Positions 20,361 through 29,160 of a DNA stretch of 64,000 nt are shown here, piece by piece. Under the pieces are notes generated by a model. It was not told the DNA's origin. It did not search any database and saw only the letters and a program-made list of their open reading frames with translations. Origin of the DNA: a virus. Its lineage: Duplodnaviria > Caudoviricetes. A program made the translations under genes and the position numbers. Position 1 is the first letter of the stretch. Each line of letters begins with the position of its first letter. The stretch is from IMG/VR virus record IMGVR_UViG_2654588144_000016, positions 1 to 64,000 of that record. One strand, written 5' to 3'.

Positions 20361-20855
20361 TTATGACCCAATCTGTTCCTTTGGTGTAGGCTTAATTGGC
20401 TCTGCCCACCCAATTTCCCCAGTTGGTGTTACCGATACCGTGGTGTCCCAGGCACTATCCACATCAGTTGCGGACCATCCTAGACTTGATGGAGTACAGG
20501 TAAAGAAAAATGCCTCAGTCAATCCAGGGTGGAAAAATTCCATCCACATGCGCTTCCCAGATGTTTTTGCACTTTCGTATTCGGTACAAATACCATTCCA
20601 CATCTCTCGGAATCCATCAGACATTCCGAACGTAATCTCAATCGCTCCACCTGGGTCTTTCAGTCCATCAATGTAACGCTTCCAAACTGTGTCGTTCAGA
20701 GACGTAACATCGTAAGTCGCTGTTTTCGGATTGAAATCAGGTATTGACTTTGGGTTTGGCAGGTCGATAAACTTTGATGGTTTTTGGCCTGCCGTCCCTT
20801 CAATCCCATATCCAACCTTGATGCCTGCCGTAGAAAGGTCTATAAAATTACCCAT
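20361..20855 (-). CDS. Major tail tube protein
   Basis: YDVTSL...YIDGLKDPGG motif. Confidence 0.85.
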   Translation of the reverse strand: MGNFIDLSTAGIKVGYGIEGTAGQKPSKFIDLPNPKSIPDFNPKTATYDVTSLNDTVWKRYIDGLKDPGGAIEITFGMSDGFREMWNGICTEYESAKTSGKRMWMEFFHPGLTEAFFFTCTPSSLGWSATDVDSAWDTTVSVTPTGEIGWAEPIKPTPKEQIGS

Positions 20856-20931
20856 GGTTCATATCCTCCTTAAAATTTGGAATAAAAAAAGAACCACACA
20901 GTTTCCTGCATGGCTCAAAGTTATTTAGTTG

Positions 20932-21315
20932 CTATATCACATCGCCCTCGCAATAGGTTCTTCGGAACCTTGCTATCCAGCGATATGCTTCTGTTGTACT
21001 GGACCGTTCTATTTCAGTCGGACCGTAATTCATTGTAAATCCCATCTTCTGCATAAGGTCAGACGCCAGAAAGATTAGCTGCTTCGCTTTGGTACTTGAA
21101 GTAGAATCATAAATGGTAATCTCAAAAGCAGCTTGTATGGCGCATTGCTTATTCTGCAAGGAAGAACTGGTTGTTGGCTCCCCCAATGTTTTCATGTACA
21201 AATACGGAAATGCCGATGGAGTGTCATTCTTAGTTGTACTGCTACCTTTCAGATATTTCTTCATCTGCTCGTTGTTTATCAGTCTGGAATAGACCAGTGA
21301 GGAAATGTCAAGCAT
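20932..21315 (-). CDS. Tail terminator/completion protein
   Basis: Position, size, FPYLY motif. Confidence 0.65.
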   Translation of the reverse strand: MLDISSLVYSRLINNEQMKKYLKGSSTTKNDTPSAFPYLYMKTLGEPTTSSSLQNKQCAIQAAFEITIYDSTSSTKAKQLIFLASDLMQKMGFTMNYGPTEIERSSTTEAYRWIARFRRTYCEGDVI

Positions 21316-21845
21316 TACGAGAACACCTCCTTTGCAATTGACGCTACCTGTTCACGGATAGCCACCGAAGCGCTATACATAGGCATCGTGGCTTTCACAC
21401 CGTGAGTGTAATGCCACTTCTCATCTTCGCCCCAGTAATACCATCCATCTTCAAAAGCATGAATCTGTCCGGGGAAAGTTCCGATTCCATACCACATTTC
21501 CCCAGCTTTCGGATTGTCTGATGGATTGTAGAATACGCCCGCACCAAACTCAACGAGCAAAAGCGTATTTACGGTGCCATAATCATTTGATTTTGTCTGT
21601 CCAGACGCAATCAGAATGGCTTTGCAGCCTGCCTTTGATGGTTCCATATCAATTCGCAAGGAGATTGTCTTACCCAGCGGAGATTCTCCGATTTTCGTCT
21701 GCGCCACGGTCAATCCAACTTCTGCCAACCGCTTACACAACAGTTCAGTCTTGCGGTGCAAGTCTTGTTTGTAGTCTTGAAGTTGGTCGATAATGCTCTG
21801 GATTCCCTTTGAGGACAGTTCTCCACGGATTATTCGTTTTCCCAT
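21315..21845 (-). CDS. HK97 gp10-like neck/tail-completion protein
   Basis: VEFGAG and THGVKATMPMY motifs. Confidence 0.7.
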   Translation of the reverse strand: MGKRIIRGELSSKGIQSIIDQLQDYKQDLHRKTELLCKRLAEVGLTVAQTKIGESPLGKTISLRIDMEPSKAGCKAILIASGQTKSNDYGTVNTLLLVEFGAGVFYNPSDNPKAGEMWYGIGTFPGQIHAFEDGWYYWGEDEKWHYTHGVKATMPMYSASVAIREQVASIAKEVFS

Positions 21846-21853
21846 ACAAACAC

Positions 21854-22168
21854 CTACTCAAGCAACGGAGACAGCGGCATAACCTTGTCATAGGTTTTCT
21901 CGAATATATCCGGCTTGCATGGGTAAAGTTCTCCGTTTACGCCTTGAATGATATAATCTCCCACACTGGCATGGTGAACACCCTCAAGGGTTTTAATAAA
22001 CAGCTCTACGGGCGGCGAATCACAATCCATGCTGTCGTAATACATTACACCATCCTCAAAGGCCTTTACTGCCCATTCCGGCACATACCACTTGCCGTCT
22101 TTTCCTTTTAAATCCCCGTCGTACTGAAATGCTTCAATCTCAACGGGTTTTTTCCTATATTTAGCCAT
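21854..22168 (-). CDS. Conserved small phage protein (YRKKPV...GDYII...YPCKPDIF family)
   Basis: Recognisable widespread phage motif; function not assigned. Confidence 0.7.
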   Translation of the reverse strand: MAKYRKKPVEIEAFQYDGDLKGKDGKWYVPEWAVKAFEDGVMYYDSMDCDSPPVELFIKTLEGVHHASVGDYIIQGVNGELYPCKPDIFEKTYDKVMPLSPLLE

Positions 22169-22430
22169 CGTTCCGTTCCTCCGTTTTCCAAGTCTCCTTT
22201 AAATGTTTCAAGACATCAATCAACTCGTCAATAGCTTTCTCGTTCTTGAATTCCAAAACACAAGGAATCTTTCGTAAATCAACTCCGTCTTCTGCTATCG
22301 GTCGATAATCCAGTAGAACTGTTGGATATTGTTCTTCCTTCCCTTCTCTTGGCTCCAGCATAGCTACGTAAATATCCTTATCAAAGGTCACTTTGCATTG
22401 GTCAAATCTATATGTCTCATGTTGAATCAT
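22161..22430 (-). CDS. Hypothetical protein
   Basis: 89-aa ORF coupled to neighbours. Confidence 0.55.
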   Translation of the reverse strand: MIQHETYRFDQCKVTFDKDIYVAMLEPREGKEEQYPTVLLDYRPIAEDGVDLRKIPCVLEFKNEKAIDELIDVLKHLKETWKTEERNDG

Positions 22431-22857
22431 TTTGCATTCCTCCCTCTGTCACTTTCCGAATCGCATACAAAACCGAATTCAAAGACTTTGCCACCTTAAC
22501 AACCTTGAAATCGGGCTTATTGGTCAACTTTCCGTCTGCGCAAAATTCCGGCTTCTTATCCACGAATAACACCGACAATTCATCAATCGGCAAATTCATG
22601 TCACAAGTGGCAATCGTTTTGTCATAAGCCAAATCAACGCCAAATGGGTCTGTATTTGCTTCCCCTCTGGCGGCTGATACGTTTGCCCGAAACTCCACAG
22701 GGTCAGCATAGCCAACAGTACAATCGCCAGTCAAAAGCGGTTCTCCGGTCACGGGGTCATAGATGATGTTACCATCAAGGTCTGTCTCATAGACCGGAAT
22801 GTGTTCTGAATAGAGCTGATACCACATCTTTTGCTTATTGCGTTTCAGTCCTCTCAT
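22417..22857 (-). CDS. Head closure/stopper protein
   Basis: Start MRGLKRNKQ; position after connector; VAKSLNSVLYAIRKV C-terminus. Confidence 0.65.
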   Translation of the reverse strand: MRGLKRNKQKMWYQLYSEHIPVYETDLDGNIIYDPVTGEPLLTGDCTVGYADPVEFRANVSAARGEANTDPFGVDLAYDKTIATCDMNLPIDELSVLFVDKKPEFCADGKLTNKPDFKVVKVAKSLNSVLYAIRKVTEGGMQNDST

Positions 22858-22873
22858 AGTGCCCACCGCCTTA

Positions 22874-23359
22874 TCACTCAACCAGAACCCAATCCTCTGC
22901 CAGCATATCAGCCTGTGAAGCAAGCCATCCCATCTGCACTCCAGACGTTCCGACAAAGGCAATGGCTTTATTTCCGATTGCTTCATGCTCCACATTCACA
23001 GCGTTTCCATCTGCGTCAATATAGCTGATATTAGTCGCAAGCTGAATATATTGGTTCCTTCCATTCCAGCCTTTACGGGCAACACGCTCTCCTCTCTTCA
23101 TACGAGATATTGCCTCGCCGAATGTAAAAGTGGACACGTCAAGTCCCGTAATGGAATCCCAGTCAACAATTTCCCAGTCATCTGCCATCATGTGGTCGAT
23201 ATCAACAAAGATACACTCTGTTTCCATGAATGGAACTTTTGAACCGTCTTTGCAGTACATGACAATCGTTTCATCTTCTTTGCGCCAGAAACCTTTCCAT
23301 GATGGTCTTTTAATATCTGCGCCCTGTTTCAGTGCTTCATAAGCTTCTTTAAAAATCAT
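22874..23359 (-). CDS. Tandem DUF2829 (Tad2-like) protein
   Basis: Two copies of F-EA..LK.G..(I/V).R..W ... DM(M/L)A(D/E)DW. Confidence 0.75.
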   Translation of the reverse strand: MIFKEAYEALKQGADIKRPSWKGFWRKEDETIVMYCKDGSKVPFMETECIFVDIDHMMADDWEIVDWDSITGLDVSTFTFGEAISRMKRGERVARKGWNGRNQYIQLATNISYIDADGNAVNVEHEAIGNKAIAFVGTSGVQMGWLASQADMLAEDWVLVE

Positions 23360-23399
23360 TCTTCTTTACCTCCACAAATTTCCTCATAATTTACTTTAA

Positions 23400-23558
23400 T
23401 CATTCTTTTCCCTTGAGTTCGTTCATTCTGTCCTGAATATATCCCTCAAGCACTGAAAATCCTTTTGGCGTGTCAAATCTTTTCCTTTTCAGTTCGGTTT
23501 TGATGGTATTGATTTCTTCTTTTACGCCCTGTAATTCAATCAATCCACCAGTTTTCAT
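23400..23558 (-). CDS. Small hypothetical protein
   Basis: MKTGGLIELQ..., 52 aa; upstream extension in ORF track overlaps the connector gene. Confidence 0.45.
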   Translation of the reverse strand: MKTGGLIELQGVKEEINTIKTELKRKRFDTPKGFSVLEGYIQDRMNELKGKE

Positions 23559-23712
23559 ATCATCGTTCACTTTTCCTCCATAACCTCCACAAAAGAAAAA
23601 TGCGCTTGCCCACCACCATTCACAGCGCACACCCTGCGTCCAGCCGGGGAGGTATCGACCGGACACGCTCCGTCTTTTAAAAGGAGAGTCAACTTTTGGA
23701 ATTACATACGGT

Positions 23713-24033
23713 TCAGAAAATTTTTGCCATCGGGACAACATCAAAATAGATATCGTCTTCTTTCTCATATGCTCGGCTGATTCCATTCTCGCTGTGAGAG
23801 CTTTCACCATCAGCCCCTTGTTTCGCCCAATAGTAAACAGCGGCGGCAAATATCGTATCACGATACCGCTCAACCGCTGTCTCTTTCTCCGTGTCCGTGT
23901 ATCCAAACGGATACCGCTTCGCACAAACCTTTCGGATTGCTCTCTGGATTAAGATGAACAGAACCGACAAATCTTTTTCGGCTACCTCGTCACCAAGATA
24001 TGTAATTACATCATCCAGAATCTCCGCTTCCAC
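23713..24033 (-). CDS. Head-tail connector (SPP1 gp15-like)
   Basis: GADGESSHSENGISRAY motif. Confidence 0.85.
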   Translation of the reverse strand: MEAEILDDVITYLGDEVAEKDLSVLFILIQRAIRKVCAKRYPFGYTDTEKETAVERYRDTIFAAAVYYWAKQGADGESSHSENGISRAYEKEDDIYFDVVPMAKIF

Positions 24034-24049
24034 TCATTTCACCTCACAA

Positions 24050-25372
24050 TCAGCCTGCCTTTGCGGTCACCGTTGTGCTACCGGCTTTCAGAGCCTTGTA
24101 TGCTGAATCGCACTCAACTACGGTAATGGTCTTTCCAGTCTGCGCTGTAATGTCAGCAGAGCCATCCCATGCAGTCCAGGTCTGGACATTCTGACCGAAA
24201 ACAACAGCGGTTTCGGAATCACCTATTTTATACTTATATGAATTTCCGCTTGCCTTTGCCGGGGAAACAGTCAGTTTCGTTGCTCCGCTTGCAGAACCGG
24301 CGGATGATTCCACAGTCAGAGTGCCAAGAGTGTTCTCAGCAGTAGTAACCGTAGCGATTACCATACCATATACGTCCGGAAGGACCGGGATAAACATACC
24401 AGAAGCTTTCGTCCATTTTGCAACAGGGTCTTCGGTCGCCCACATGGTCACGGTTACAAACATTTTCTGCAATGCTTCCTGGAATGCAGCATACTCAGCC
24501 TCCTCCGGAGTCGGTCCCCACAAACCAGTACCGGCCCTACCAGATACATCCGCCGTATAGAAGGTAACCTTGTCCTCATCGAAGTAGCGACCATTCACTC
24601 TGGAACCATCAGCCTTGATGTAGGCATATCTTTCATCACAGGTAGCAATTTGAAGGCCGAACTCCTCCATGATGATAGACCGAAGTTCATTCATGGTAAC
24701 CAGTCTACCCGCATTGATATTACCGTAGATTGCGGATTGGATGCCCTTGTTCTTTCTCATGCGCTGAATCTGGGTATCAGAGGTCAGCATTCTGGACGGA
24801 ATTTTACCCTCATCCTTCAGCATTTTTACTGCCTTCATGATATCGCCAAAGATATCATATTCTGGGTTAGACCAATCACCAAAAGTGATTTTATGAGCCG
24901 CAGGTACACCAAAATCAATCAACATATCCAGATTATTTTCCTTGATTTTCATTACACCACGGCTCATTGCCTGACCTTTGGCAATCTTGGTACGGGTAAC
25001 AACGCTCTCGGACAATCTGCCCATATCGTCAAACACCCAGTTCACCAGACCATCATCATCTGGTACACCATTGTTGATGTACATCTGCAACTGCTCGGAC
25101 TGATTGATTTTCTCCTTGATAAACAGTTTCTCAGTCAGAACTTTCTCGAAAGTCGGCCTGGTACCGATGTGCGCCTCGGAATCCAGAGCATGCACAAATG
25201 CAGGAGTTGGCAAATTCTGTCCCTGCATTAGCCGGTAATACTCAGCCTTGAAGTGCTGTGTCTTCACGTCCGGGAAAATGGTATCCAGAACGGTTGGCCT
25301 TGCAACGGCGAAGTTCTGAGAAAAATTTAATCTCTCTGTAACATTAATTGTATCCAATACATTAAATGGCAT
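24050..25372 (-). CDS. Major capsid protein (capsid E-like) with C-terminal Ig-like extension
   Basis: 440 aa after scaffold/decoration; C-terminal ~95 aa Thr/Ser-rich beta domain. Confidence 0.85.
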   Translation of the reverse strand: MPFNVLDTINVTERLNFSQNFAVARPTVLDTIFPDVKTQHFKAEYYRLMQGQNLPTPAFVHALDSEAHIGTRPTFEKVLTEKLFIKEKINQSEQLQMYINNGVPDDDGLVNWVFDDMGRLSESVVTRTKIAKGQAMSRGVMKIKENNLDMLIDFGVPAAHKITFGDWSNPEYDIFGDIMKAVKMLKDEGKIPSRMLTSDTQIQRMRKNKGIQSAIYGNINAGRLVTMNELRSIIMEEFGLQIATCDERYAYIKADGSRVNGRYFDEDKVTFYTADVSGRAGTGLWGPTPEEAEYAAFQEALQKMFVTVTMWATEDPVAKWTKASGMFIPVLPDVYGMVIATVTTAENTLGTLTVESSAGSASGATKLTVSPAKASGNSYKYKIGDSETAVVFGQNVQTWTAWDGSADITAQTGKTITVVECDSAYKALKAGSTTVTAKAG

Positions 25373-25386
25373 CTTTACACCTCCAA

Positions 25387-25731
25387 TTAAAATTCACATT
25401 CTGGAGCATCAAGAATTACAAATCCTTTTTTCTCCAAAGCTGTCTTGGCTTCGCTGGATAACGGCGTCTTTAATCTATTTCCGTAGATTCTTCCAGCTTT
25501 AATAACGCTGGCTGGACGATTTGTATCGTCAGTCATATCAACAGTTTCAAATACAATACCAGTTGCCTTGGAATCATTAGACGGGAATGCCGTTCCAGCA
25601 TAAATAAGCTTCTTGTTGTCAACTGTAGTTGCCATCTCCTGGGTAACCATCTCTGTTTTCTGAACCAGGCCAACGGCAGATTCCAAAAAATTTGGCAGGC
25701 TATATCCCTGCTCAACCTTCATGTAAGCCAT
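25387..25731 (-). CDS. Head decoration protein
   Basis: AGTAFPSNDSKATGIV motif; between scaffold and capsid. Confidence 0.65.
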   Translation of the reverse strand: MAYMKVEQGYSLPNFLESAVGLVQKTEMVTQEMATTVDNKKLIYAGTAFPSNDSKATGIVFETVDMTDDTNRPASVIKAGRIYGNRLKTPLSSEAKTALEKKGFVILDAPECEF

Positions 25732-25743
25732 GTCATATCCTCC

Positions 25744-26355
25744 TTAAAATGTTGTTGTGGCAGCCGGAACCGGATTGCCTACCGTCGGCTGTGGGTTATG
25801 TTCCTGCGAATACTGTTTCGCATATTCAGCGGCAGCACTCTTTTCTTCTCCACCTCCAGCCGGGTCGGATTTGCCTCCGGTCCCCGGATTCGGAGTTTTG
25901 TCAAAAGTTTCTTTCTGCCACTGGGTCTTGTTCGCTTCGTCGCGTTTGGAGATTCCATTGACAAAAGATTCTGCGCTGGTCTTTGCCGCCTCCAAATCAA
26001 GCCCGGATAATGCGCCAATCATCCCGGAAAACTCCTCGCCGGAAAGGTTTGCTTTTGCGAAAATCGCTTCGACTGCGGAAGTTGTAAGCTGCTTCTGTAA
26101 ATCTGCCGTTCTCTTTTCCGCTGCCTCTCTGGCTTTCTTCTCCTTTTCCAATTCGGTAAGATTCTGTTGCTCAAGACCATCAAGTTTGGTTTGCAGCTCC
26201 TCCGCCTTTTCAGCTTCTTTTTTCCATTTCTCAGCGTCTTCCTGATATTTCTTTACTTCTCCATTGTGCTGATTTAGGTAATTGGTTACCTGCTCATCAG
26301 TAGGTTCCTCGACGCCAAGCGCAACCAGATTCTTCTTTGCCTGTTCTCTTGTCAT
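25744..26355 (-). CDS. Capsid scaffolding protein
   Basis: MTREQAK start, charged coiled coil, TPNPGTGG linker. Confidence 0.8.
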   Translation of the reverse strand: MTREQAKKNLVALGVEEPTDEQVTNYLNQHNGEVKKYQEDAEKWKKEAEKAEELQTKLDGLEQQNLTELEKEKKAREAAEKRTADLQKQLTTSAVEAIFAKANLSGEEFSGMIGALSGLDLEAAKTSAESFVNGISKRDEANKTQWQKETFDKTPNPGTGGKSDPAGGGEEKSAAAEYAKQYSQEHNPQPTVGNPVPAATTTF

Positions 26356-26456
26356 GTTATTCCCCTTTCTAATCCACGCTTTTGATAACGCAGGTCGCTC
26401 CTGCTGGATTTTGCCATTTATCGGATGGCTCCATTTTGATATAAAAAAAGAAAAGC

Positions 26457-27905
26457 CTACTCGGCTCCTCCTGTTTTAACTGTTTCAGTTTGCTTTGTTT
26501 TCAAAAGTTCCAATGCGTGTTCTTTTTCAGCTTCAATATCAAGTTGCTCCTGCGTCTTGAAAATGGTATCCATGTACGGCTTACTCTGCGTCCAAACCTT
26601 TTCCGGGTCACCAAACAGCCCGCATACAGTAATTGCAATCAGCGGATGAATCTTATTTTTCAGTAAATAATCCAGCGCCTGTGCCTTAACCAGCATATTA
26701 TCAGTAGAATTTCGAGTAATCTTCACATCGAAGTCTCTTACTGTCAGAGGAACATCATTTGTTGTTTGCTTAATGATATTCAAAACAATTCTGGCATGTT
26801 TTTTCTCTGCCTCAATGGTAAATGGTTCATCCAGTTTTGCCCGCTGTTCCGCAAAATCCCAACCATTCCGCAGGTAAACCGCCTGTCCGGTATCTCCGCC
26901 GGTATTCTGCTGTCGGTCTGGCATACCCTCAACGACAAGTACTTGTCGGTACACATCATCCTTGGCTACTTGCGTCTGCTGCTGATTCAATTCAGCCGTC
27001 ATGAGTTTTACATCTGATTGCATTCCCTGACCGGAATCTTTAACCTCCACAGCACCAAGGTCACACATCTGTAAAAACTTCTTCTCATCAATCTCACAGT
27101 TCTTAAAAAGCATAAATGCCTGAATAAACTGTTCAATACCATTCATGCGGTCGGACTGCATTTTGTTAATCTGGTCAAGAAGCGTAATCACAATTTCAAT
27201 GTCGGAGAGCCTGTCCGGATTATTCGGATACTCCACAATCGGAATACCGCCAAAACCATTTATTCCAGAATCAGTTACTCTACCGCCCTTGATGATGAAA
27301 TATAAATCATCCGAATAGCACTGATAATACTGTTCGTCTTTTTCATCCTTCAATACCTGAATGGAAAGCATATCTGAATCATCTTTGGCAGAATACACAA
27401 CAATCGTATTCAGCGGATTCGGAATATGGATTCGGAACGGAACAATATCTGTTGACTTTCCTTTAAGCGTTACCTTGTAGGCAGTTCCAACGGCACTCTG
27501 AAAATTTCCAAGCTTGATATCTCTGGCCTGCCGATGAGCGTCCTTCATGTAATCATTTAGTTTATCCACGGCATCATTGATTTTTTTATCTGTTTTTCGG
27601 CTGACATACTGTATCGGCTCCCCATATGTCTGACTGGTGCTAAAGCGGACAATTTCAAGTGCATGGTTCTCGCAGGTCTTATTGTTGATGTCAGGCCGCA
27701 CTTTCTTTTCACGGTAATGAATCGGCTGGTCACCCTTGTAGTAATCGTAAAGATACCGTATCGCCGGTCGATTGTAATTCAGAACTGAAATGGCCTTACC
27801 AACGACACCAACAACATTTTCTTTGGTAATTCTATCGACATTCGTATATGCAATTTTTCTACCAAAATGTCCATGGCATAAATCAATAAAGCTATTACTG
27901 TTCAT
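26457..27905 (-). CDS. Portal protein (SPP1 gp6-like)
   Basis: LYDYYKGDQ, YGEPIQY, IPIVEYPNN motifs. Confidence 0.9.
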   Translation of the reverse strand: MNSNSFIDLCHGHFGRKIAYTNVDRITKENVVGVVGKAISVLNYNRPAIRYLYDYYKGDQPIHYREKKVRPDINNKTCENHALEIVRFSTSQTYGEPIQYVSRKTDKKINDAVDKLNDYMKDAHRQARDIKLGNFQSAVGTAYKVTLKGKSTDIVPFRIHIPNPLNTIVVYSAKDDSDMLSIQVLKDEKDEQYYQCYSDDLYFIIKGGRVTDSGINGFGGIPIVEYPNNPDRLSDIEIVITLLDQINKMQSDRMNGIEQFIQAFMLFKNCEIDEKKFLQMCDLGAVEVKDSGQGMQSDVKLMTAELNQQQTQVAKDDVYRQVLVVEGMPDRQQNTGGDTGQAVYLRNGWDFAEQRAKLDEPFTIEAEKKHARIVLNIIKQTTNDVPLTVRDFDVKITRNSTDNMLVKAQALDYLLKNKIHPLIAITVCGLFGDPEKVWTQSKPYMDTIFKTQEQLDIEAEKEHALELLKTKQTETVKTGGAE

Positions 27906-28044
27906 CAGCTTTTACCCTCTTCTGTCAAAAAAGTAAGGCCGTTGGAGGATTTTCTATATCCTTCAACGGCTTGCATTTATTTCAATATTAATAGTTATAT
28001 CAAACATCCTTAATTTAATTTGGATGTCTCGCATACTTTTTACT

Positions 28045-28105
28045 AATACCATTTTACCATATCCTAAGTGGCATTTGTGGCAAAGATGAATAAAGTAGCA
28101 ATTTA
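28045..28105 (-). promoter_or_regulatory. 61-bp repeat copy 2: putative late promoter for portal operon fused to site A5
   Basis: TTGCCACAAATGCCAC...TGGTAAAAT on minus strand; downstream of activator gene; promoter function is inferred. Confidence 0.7.
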
Positions 28106-28375
28106 AACGATGGAAAATACTGGCGTGCATATACAACCACTTTTGCATTTGGTCGAGAAATACCAGCTGGTAAAGACATGACATTTGATTTAAATATTAG
28201 TTTTCCGGCACGTCCATCTGTACTTGTCATTATTCCCTCTACTGCCAAAATAACAAACGTAAGGTATGATTTTGACAATTCGACCTCGACCAAGACAAGA
28301 ATCATCTTTGACAACGAGGGAGCGACAATACCCGCAGATGCTATGGTACGTATGGGCGTTATCGCTATCAAATGA
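28097..28375 (+). other. Silent fibre cassette 5 (92 aa, SNLNDGKYW...GVIAIK)
   Basis: Open frame from site A5 (28096..28105), in frame with ORF 28178..28375; same length and VIAIK end as expressed cassette 2. Confidence 0.78.
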
Positions 28376-28381
28376 TTATTT
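28370..28381 (+). repeat. Cassette junction motif B3 (AAATGATTATTT)
   Basis: Identical to B1 and B2. Confidence 0.75.
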
Positions 28382-28687
28382 GGTAAAATAAATCATCTCA
28401 AAGTAAAATATACTGTTACCTATGGCCCCTGAATCAATGGTTATATTGCCGGTATTGGCAATAACCTTAAACACTCCATATCCTGTGGTGCCATAAATTA
28501 AGCATACTTTTTCTTGTGCGGCCACCGGAAGTCCACTAATCAGTAGTGTATTGTTAATTGTTGTATTTTGCTTTAATGTAACAAGTGTATTTACTACACA
28601 TTGTTTTCCGATTTTATAATAATTGGCTGTTCCGGTAGCCCAATCCGCATTTATGGTAGCTGCCCCTAATTCCAGTTCTAAATTGCT
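28376..28687 (-). other. Silent fibre cassette 6 (103 aa, SNLELELGA...IYFTK)
   Basis: Open frame from site A6 (28679..28688); paralogue of cassette 3. Confidence 0.8.
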
Positions 28688-29141
28688 ACTTCTTTTCTTT
28701 TTGAATCGCATTCAGAAACTTATCAATCTTAAGTCCTATGGTCCTCCTGCTATAATTCAATTTCTTCGCTATTTCTCCATCGGATTTGCGTTCTACATAC
28801 TTTAATCCTAAAATATGCTTAATTTCAATATCCTCAGCAGGTAGTGTTTCCAAAAAAGTCTCAATATCTAATTTCATATCTTCAAAAAGTTGTTCATTAC
28901 CTTTGAGGTCGATAATCAACTGGCGTACCATTTTTTCCCGTTCTGAGTTCGACTTTATAGTTGGACCAGAAACCACAAAATGACATTCAGTAAATGGAAA
29001 CTGCTTCATAGAGCCTTTTACGATGCCATACTGTTGCTGAACCGGATGATTTTCATAATATTTTATTCTGCCCCGAATTCTTTTGATTTCAGATTCCAGG
29101 TACACATAGGTTGCCAGATACTCTCTTGTCAAAGTTTGCAT
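28686..29141 (-). CDS. RinA/ArpU-like late transcriptional activator
   Basis: C-terminal sigma70-r4-like HTH (LKYVERKSDGEIAKKLNYS); its TAG stop is part of site A6. Confidence 0.7.
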   Translation of the reverse strand: MQTLTREYLATYVYLESEIKRIRGRIKYYENHPVQQQYGIVKGSMKQFPFTECHFVVSGPTIKSNSEREKMVRQLIIDLKGNEQLFEDMKLDIETFLETLPAEDIEIKHILGLKYVERKSDGEIAKKLNYSRRTIGLKIDKFLNAIQKEKK

Positions 29142-29160
29142 AATACTTGTTCTCCTTAAT

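Noticed and set aside
7365-28687. Cassettes 3 and 6 as a DGR template/variable repeat pair
   Set aside because: Differences include many C/T and other non-adenine changes in both directions, and there is no reverse transcriptase in the window
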